Shown: in pieces, positions 59,116 through 64,000 of the stretch | How positions within the stretch are numbered: position 1 is the stretch's first letter | Layout: each line of letters opens with the position of its first letter | Assembly (NCBI GenBank): GCA_902557965.1 | Contig: CACECK010000003.1 | Location: forward strand, 13,326 to 77,325 | Length of the DNA stretch: 64,000 nt | Reading direction: 5' to 3' | Source: an uncultured SAR86 cluster bacterium | GTDB taxonomy: Bacteria; Pseudomonadota; Gammaproteobacteria; Magnimaribacterales; D2472 | Notes under the pieces: model-generated | What the model saw: the letters and a program-made list of their open reading frames with translations, nothing else | Database searches by the model: none | What the model was told of the DNA's origin: nothing | Made by a program: the position numbers and the translations under genes

Positions 59116-60723
59116 ATGTATAAGAAATTTATTTACCTACCAGCACTTCTTCTTTTTTTTGGCTGCTCTGAAAATATCTCTCCTGTTGATTCAGGTCTTA
59201 CTGATCAGATCTTTCATTTTGGAAATGGCTCAGAACCCCAAGGAATAGATCCACATATCGTTACAGGTGTTCCTGAGCATCATATTTTAATATCACTATG
59301 TGAAGGCCTAACAACTGCAAATCCAAATGGCGGTGCTAATCTGTCTGGAGCTGCTGAGTCATGGAGTATCAGTGATGATGGAAAAGAATATATTTTTAAT
59401 CTTAATAAAAATGGTAAATGGTCCAATGGAGACCCTGTAACTGCTGAAGATTTTGTCTGGTCTTGGAAACGGATCCTCACAGCAAGTCTTGGATCTCAGT
59501 ACCCTGATATGCTTTATTATCTAGAAGGTGCCTCAGATTATCATAATGGTATAACTGATGATTTTGATACAGTTGGTGTAAAAGCTATCGATGAATACAC
59601 CCTTAAAGTTAATTTAATCTCTCCAACTCCTTTCTTTTTGGGATTATTAAGTCACTATAGTACATGGCCTGTTCATAAAGATACTGTTTTAAAATTTGGA
59701 GATATTGATGATAGAAATGGAGAATGGACTAGACCAGGAAACTTTGTTTGTAATGGTCCTTTTAAATTGAAATCATGGGAACTTAATAACAGGATTGTTG
59801 TTGAAAAAAACCCTAACTATTGGGATGCATCGACAGTGAGTTTGAATGAGATGCATTTTTATCCAGTTTCTAATGTAATGACTGAAGACAGAATGTTTAG
59901 AGCAGGACAGCTTCATTTAACTTCAACTTTACCTTCACAAAAATGTCCAATATACATAGAAGAAAAAAATCCAGATTTAAGAATTGATCCGTATATGGGC
60001 ACATATTTCTACAGACTTAATACTGAAAATGAGGTTCTAAAAGATGTTCGTGTTAGAAAGGCGCTTGCCTTTTCAGTTAATAGAAAACTACTTGTTGAAA
60101 AAGTTACTAAATGTGGACAAATACCTGCATATTCATTTACTCCTCCAGGATCTAATGGCTATGAACCTGACACTGAAATTCCATTTGACCCCCAACAAGC
60201 AAAAGAGTTGCTTGTCTCAGCTGGGTTTGATGAAACGAATCCATTTCCAAAATTAGAGATTCTTTTTAATACCAATGAAGATCATAGAAAAATTGCTTTA
60301 GCTATCCAACAGATGTGGCAACAAAACCTTGGTATAGAAGTAGAGTTAGTTAACCAAGATTGGAAGGTTTATTTAAGTAGAGAAATGGTTGGCGACTTTC
60401 AAGTATCTCGAGCTGGCTGGATTGGTGATTATGAAGACCCAAATACATTTCTTGACTTGATGAGACCAAATAGAGGTAATAACAAAACTGGATGGGAAAA
60501 CAAACAATATGATTCAATCGTTTCGCAAGCAAATTCTACCAATAATCAATCAGAAAGATATGAATTACTAAAGCAAGCTGAAAGAATTCTTATTGATGAA
60601 ATGCCAATAATACCTCTTTATACATATGTTAGAAGTTATCAATTATCACCAGATGTCAAAGGATTTAGTCCTCATATACTTGACCATCATCATCCAAAAT
60701 ATATATATCTAGAAAGAGATTAA
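59116..60723 (+). CDS. oppA: Oligopeptide ABC transporter substrate-binding lipoprotein
   Basis: Lipobox FFGC, EPQGIDP, WSNGDPVTAEDF, NGPFKL, RAGWIGDY.DP. Confidence 0.92.
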   Translation: MYKKFIYLPALLLFFGCSENISPVDSGLTDQIFHFGNGSEPQGIDPHIVTGVPEHHILISLCEGLTTANPNGGANLSGAAESWSISDDGKEYIFNLNKNGKWSNGDPVTAEDFVWSWKRILTASLGSQYPDMLYYLEGASDYHNGITDDFDTVGVKAIDEYTLKVNLISPTPFFLGLLSHYSTWPVHKDTVLKFGDIDDRNGEWTRPGNFVCNGPFKLKSWELNNRIVVEKNPNYWDASTVSLNEMHFYPVSNVMTEDRMFRAGQLHLTSTLPSQKCPIYIEEKNPDLRIDPYMGTYFYRLNTENEVLKDVRVRKALAFSVNRKLLVEKVTKCGQIPAYSFTPPGSNGYEPDTEIPFDPQQAKELLVSAGFDETNPFPKLEILFNTNEDHRKIALAIQQMWQQNLGIEVELVNQDWKVYLSREMVGDFQVSRAGWIGDYEDPNTFLDLMRPNRGNNKTGWENKQYDSIVSQANSTNNQSERYELLKQAERILIDEMPIIPLYTYVRSYQLSPDVKGFSPHILDHHHPKYIYLERD

Positions 60724-60728
60724 TATAG

Positions 60729-61652
60729 ATGTTATCTATTTTCTTTAGAAGAATATTTTTAGCAATACCTGTTTTGTTTGCAGTTGCTAGTATAACTTTT
60801 TTTCTTATAAAGCTTGCGCCTGGCGGGCCATTTGATGCCGATAAAGCTGTATCACCTCAAGTCCTTAAAAATTTAAATGAGGCATATAATTTGGATGCTT
60901 CTAACTGGGAACAGTATGTTGACTATATGTCTAATCTTCTAAGAGGCGATCTTGGCCCATCATTTAGATTCCCAGGACGATCCGTTACTGAGATGATCAC
61001 AACTGGTTTGCCTGTCACTTTTGAATTAGCTTTTTATGCAATCTTAATTGCTTTATTGATGGGAGTCTTTTCAGGAGTTTTAGCTGCTTTAAAGAGAAAT
61101 ACATTTTTAGACTTTATTCCAATGGCAATTGCTATGATTGGAATTTGTGTTCCTACTTTTTTGATGGGGCCTTTACTAGTTCTGGTTTTTGGAATAAATC
61201 TAGAGGTACTTCCTGTATCTGGTTGGGGTCAATTACCAGGAGATAAGATACTACCATCTTTAACCCTTGGTTTTGCTTATGCTGCATATATAGCAAGACT
61301 TAGTAGAGGAGGGATGCTTGAGGTCCTTAACCAAGATTTTATTAGAACAGCTAGAGCTAAAGGACTTACTGAAAGAATGGTTGTCATAAAACACGCTATG
61401 CAAGGTGGATTAATACCTGTTGTATCTTTTCTTGGACCAGCTATTGCAGGATTGCTTGCTGGCTCTTTTGTAGTTGAAACAATTTTTCAAATACCAGGTC
61501 TTGGAAGATTTTATGTGGAGGCAGCCTTTAATAGAGACTATACAATGATTTTGGGAACTACTATTTTCTTTTCTGCAATGATAGTTTTCTTCAACCTTCT
61601 TTCTGATCTAGCTGCGCTCTGGCTAAATCCAAGATCAAGGGATTCTTCATGA
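60729..61652 (+). CDS. oppB: Oligopeptide ABC permease
   Basis: LAPGGPF, GDLGPS, DFIRTARAKGL, FQIPGLG, NRDY. Confidence 0.93.
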   Translation: MLSIFFRRIFLAIPVLFAVASITFFLIKLAPGGPFDADKAVSPQVLKNLNEAYNLDASNWEQYVDYMSNLLRGDLGPSFRFPGRSVTEMITTGLPVTFELAFYAILIALLMGVFSGVLAALKRNTFLDFIPMAIAMIGICVPTFLMGPLLVLVFGINLEVLPVSGWGQLPGDKILPSLTLGFAYAAYIARLSRGGMLEVLNQDFIRTARAKGLTERMVVIKHAMQGGLIPVVSFLGPAIAGLLAGSFVVETIFQIPGLGRFYVEAAFNRDYTMILGTTIFFSAMIVFFNLLSDLAALWLNPRSRDSS

Positions 61653-62500
61653 ATAATAATTCCTTGTGGTCTGATGCTCTTTATCGACTTTCAAGAAATA
61701 GAGCAGCAATGTTTGGTGGTTTTATTCTTATTTTGCTAATTTTTTGTGCTGCCTTAGCTCCCTGGATTGCTCCATACTCATACTCATATCAAGACCTAAA
61801 TTTAGGAGCAAGTCCACCATCTGGAGAACATTTACTTGGCACAGATATATTGGGAAGAGATTTACTTAGTAGAATTTTGTATGGAGCAAGAATTTCATTA
61901 TTGGTTGGTTTTGTTGCTACTGGTGTTGCACTGGTTATTGGTGTTTCGTGGGGAATAATAGCTGGTTACATGGGTGGCAGAGTTGATTCAATTATGATGA
62001 GAATTGTTGACGTGCTTTATGGACTACCTTTTATTATTTTTATTATTCTATTAATGGTTATTTTTGGAAGAAATTTATGGTTATTGTTTGGTGCCATTGG
62101 AGCAGTAGAATGGTTAACAATGGCGAGGATTGTTCGCGGACAAGTTATTGGGTTAAAAAATCAGGAATTTGTTTTGGCAGCTCAAGCGATGGGTGTAAGT
62201 AATTTTTCAATGTTTAGAAGACATCTATTGCCTAACATACTTGGCCCAATTGCAGTTTATGCAACTTTAACAATTCCTCAGGTTATGTTGCTTGAGGGAT
62301 TTTTAAGTTTTCTTGGCCTTGGAATTCAGCCTCCCATGAGTAGCTGGGGTACCCTTATTAAAGATGGAGTCGAGTCCATGGAGGAATATAGTTGGTTATT
62401 AATTTATCCAGGTATAACATTTACCATAACTTTATTTGCCTTAAATTTCTTTGGAGATGGTCTTAGAGACGCTCTCGATCCAAAGACCTCTGATAATTAA
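61649..62500 (+). CDS. oppC: Oligopeptide ABC permease
   Basis: LGTDILGRD, GARISL, EFVLAA, LSFLGLG, GDGLRDALDP. Confidence 0.93.
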   Translation: MNNNSLWSDALYRLSRNRAAMFGGFILILLIFCAALAPWIAPYSYSYQDLNLGASPPSGEHLLGTDILGRDLLSRILYGARISLLVGFVATGVALVIGVSWGIIAGYMGGRVDSIMMRIVDVLYGLPFIIFIILLMVIFGRNLWLLFGAIGAVEWLTMARIVRGQVIGLKNQEFVLAAQAMGVSNFSMFRRHLLPNILGPIAVYATLTIPQVMLLEGFLSFLGLGIQPPMSSWGTLIKDGVESMEEYSWLLIYPGITFTITLFALNFFGDGLRDALDPKTSDN

Positions 62501-63987
62501 AAAGCTCTTATTGCTATTTTTATAATTTGACCGGGTCTAAGAGTGTCTTCCTTAAATTTATTTATATCTTTAATACTTTTTATTGATACATCAAATAACT
62601 CTGAAATTTTATATAAGTTATCACCTTGTTTAACAGAATAAAGAATCGTCCTCTTTTTTGATTCAATATTCCTGTGGATATTTTTATTTCCAATAGATAA
62701 CTGCTGCCCAAGTTGAAGGTACGAATCAACTCTAATAGAATTCATACGAGCTAAATCTTTTACTTCAAGATTATACTTATAAGCGATACTCCATAAAGTG
62801 TCTCCCTCAGAAACAATATGCAACTCATATGGAATAAAATTATTCGACTCAGTTTTGCTTAGGGGGATTAATAAAGTTGTATTTATGGATAAAAGATCAC
62901 TATTTAAGAAATTTATTTCTTTAATAATTCTTACTTCGGTGTCATATTTTGAAGCCAATGACCATAAATTATCACCTCGTTGCACTAAATGTGAAATCCA
63001 ATTTACTTGATTGGTCTTTATAAATGGGTTGTCTGAAGTTTGAAAGTAGTCATATTTTTCAATAGGAACATAAAATATACTTTTATCACTGGGAGCAGAT
63101 GCCCATTTTGTATAACCTGCATTTAGTTTGTACAAAAGTTCGGGTTTGATATTTAAAAATTCACTTAGCGTTAAAACTTCAACTTGGCCAGGAATTTCTA
63201 TTTTTGCCACAACAGGTTCATATGGAATTAATGGCAGCTCAATCTCATAGTTATTTGAGTTTAGGATTAACTCATTTAATGCAATAAATTTGGGAACATA
63301 ATCTCTTGTTTGAGTTGGAAGATCTAGTGACCAAAAATCAGTATCTAAACCTCTTCTTTGATTTTTTTTGATTTGCCTATCAAGAAAAGATGGTCCAGCA
63401 TTGTAGGCTGCAAGTGTTAAATATATATCATTATCAAATCTTTCATAAAGATACTTAAGATATTGAATTGCAGCTTCCGTAGATTTAAATGGATCATGCC
63501 TATCTTCGTTCCACCACGATTTCTCTAATTCATAATATCTTCCCGTTCGTGGCATAAATTGCCACATACCAACTGCACCTGAGGGTGAAATTGAGAAGGG
63601 ATCGTAATTACTTTCAATATAAGGAAGAAAAGCAAATTCCAATGGCATATCGGCTTTTTCAAGCTCTTCTACAACAAAGAATAAAAAATAGTAGGAGTCA
63701 TTTAAATATTCTTTGAAATTATCTAAGTCCTGAAGATGTCTGTTCATGTAGAACAGAGTTTGCTCATCCAGATTATCGCTTGAATAAGAGGACTTCATTA
63801 AAATATAGTCCCAAATATCACTGTAGTAAGACAATAGCTTGTCTTCCTTGTCTAAATATATTTGCTTTATATCTTGATCATTATTTTCAATCTGTATAAT
63901 TGTGTTGGAATTATTTTCAGGTATTTGTTGACAGCCTGAAATAATAAAACTTAAAAGAATAACTATATTTAAAAACTGTCTTTCCAT
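62497..63987 (-). CDS. mltD: Membrane-bound lytic murein transglycosylase D (SLT + 3 LysM)
   Basis: Lipobox ISGC, LPYIES, GAVGMWQFMP, AAYNAG, three LysM repeats (GDNLW, GDTLW, GDNLY). Confidence 0.92.
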   Translation of the reverse strand: MERQFLNIVILLSFIISGCQQIPENNSNTIIQIENNDQDIKQIYLDKEDKLLSYYSDIWDYILMKSSYSSDNLDEQTLFYMNRHLQDLDNFKEYLNDSYYFLFFVVEELEKADMPLEFAFLPYIESNYDPFSISPSGAVGMWQFMPRTGRYYELEKSWWNEDRHDPFKSTEAAIQYLKYLYERFDNDIYLTLAAYNAGPSFLDRQIKKNQRRGLDTDFWSLDLPTQTRDYVPKFIALNELILNSNNYEIELPLIPYEPVVAKIEIPGQVEVLTLSEFLNIKPELLYKLNAGYTKWASAPSDKSIFYVPIEKYDYFQTSDNPFIKTNQVNWISHLVQRGDNLWSLASKYDTEVRIIKEINFLNSDLLSINTTLLIPLSKTESNNFIPYELHIVSEGDTLWSIAYKYNLEVKDLARMNSIRVDSYLQLGQQLSIGNKNIHRNIESKKRTILYSVKQGDNLYKISELFDVSIKSIKDINKFKEDTLRPGQIIKIAIRAF

Positions 63988-64000
63988 TTTCGCAATGCTG

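Overview
AT-rich, very densely packed bacterial chromosome segment. Gene content and order (recX-dnaX-recR-dcd, purN-purM/DUF2066-hda, wrbA, xseA, htpG-gpsA, folD-tRNAs-tig-clpP-clpX-lon-hupB-ppiD, mltD) point to a streamlined marine gammaproteobacterium, SAR86-like by inference. The first ~20 kb is accessory lipid/organic catabolism: three acyl-CoA dehydrogenases, a TonB-dependent receptor, cytochrome P450, ACS-type MFS, SDR, LysR and hydrolases. The rest is mostly housekeeping, with 7 tRNAs across the window. I saw no CRISPR array, IS element, integrase or prophage. The most interesting signals are non-coding or recoding: (1) a complete four-segment transcription attenuator with a 14-codon, apparently leaderless leader ORF in front of the TonB receptor; (2) an A10 run in dnaX at the domain III boundary with immediate stops in both shifted frames (candidate tau/gamma recoding); (3) a sigma32 promoter plus ROSE-like RNA thermometer on hsp20; (4) a 59-aa ORF missed by the ORF track; (5) many genes with a -10 box 6-9 nt before the ATG and no SD (leaderless); (6) a +1 frameshift in gpsA; (7) a GDH with an animal-like antenna segment inside a gene block that splits a tRNA cluster. 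All calls come from reading the sequence and recalling family motifs; no searches were run.
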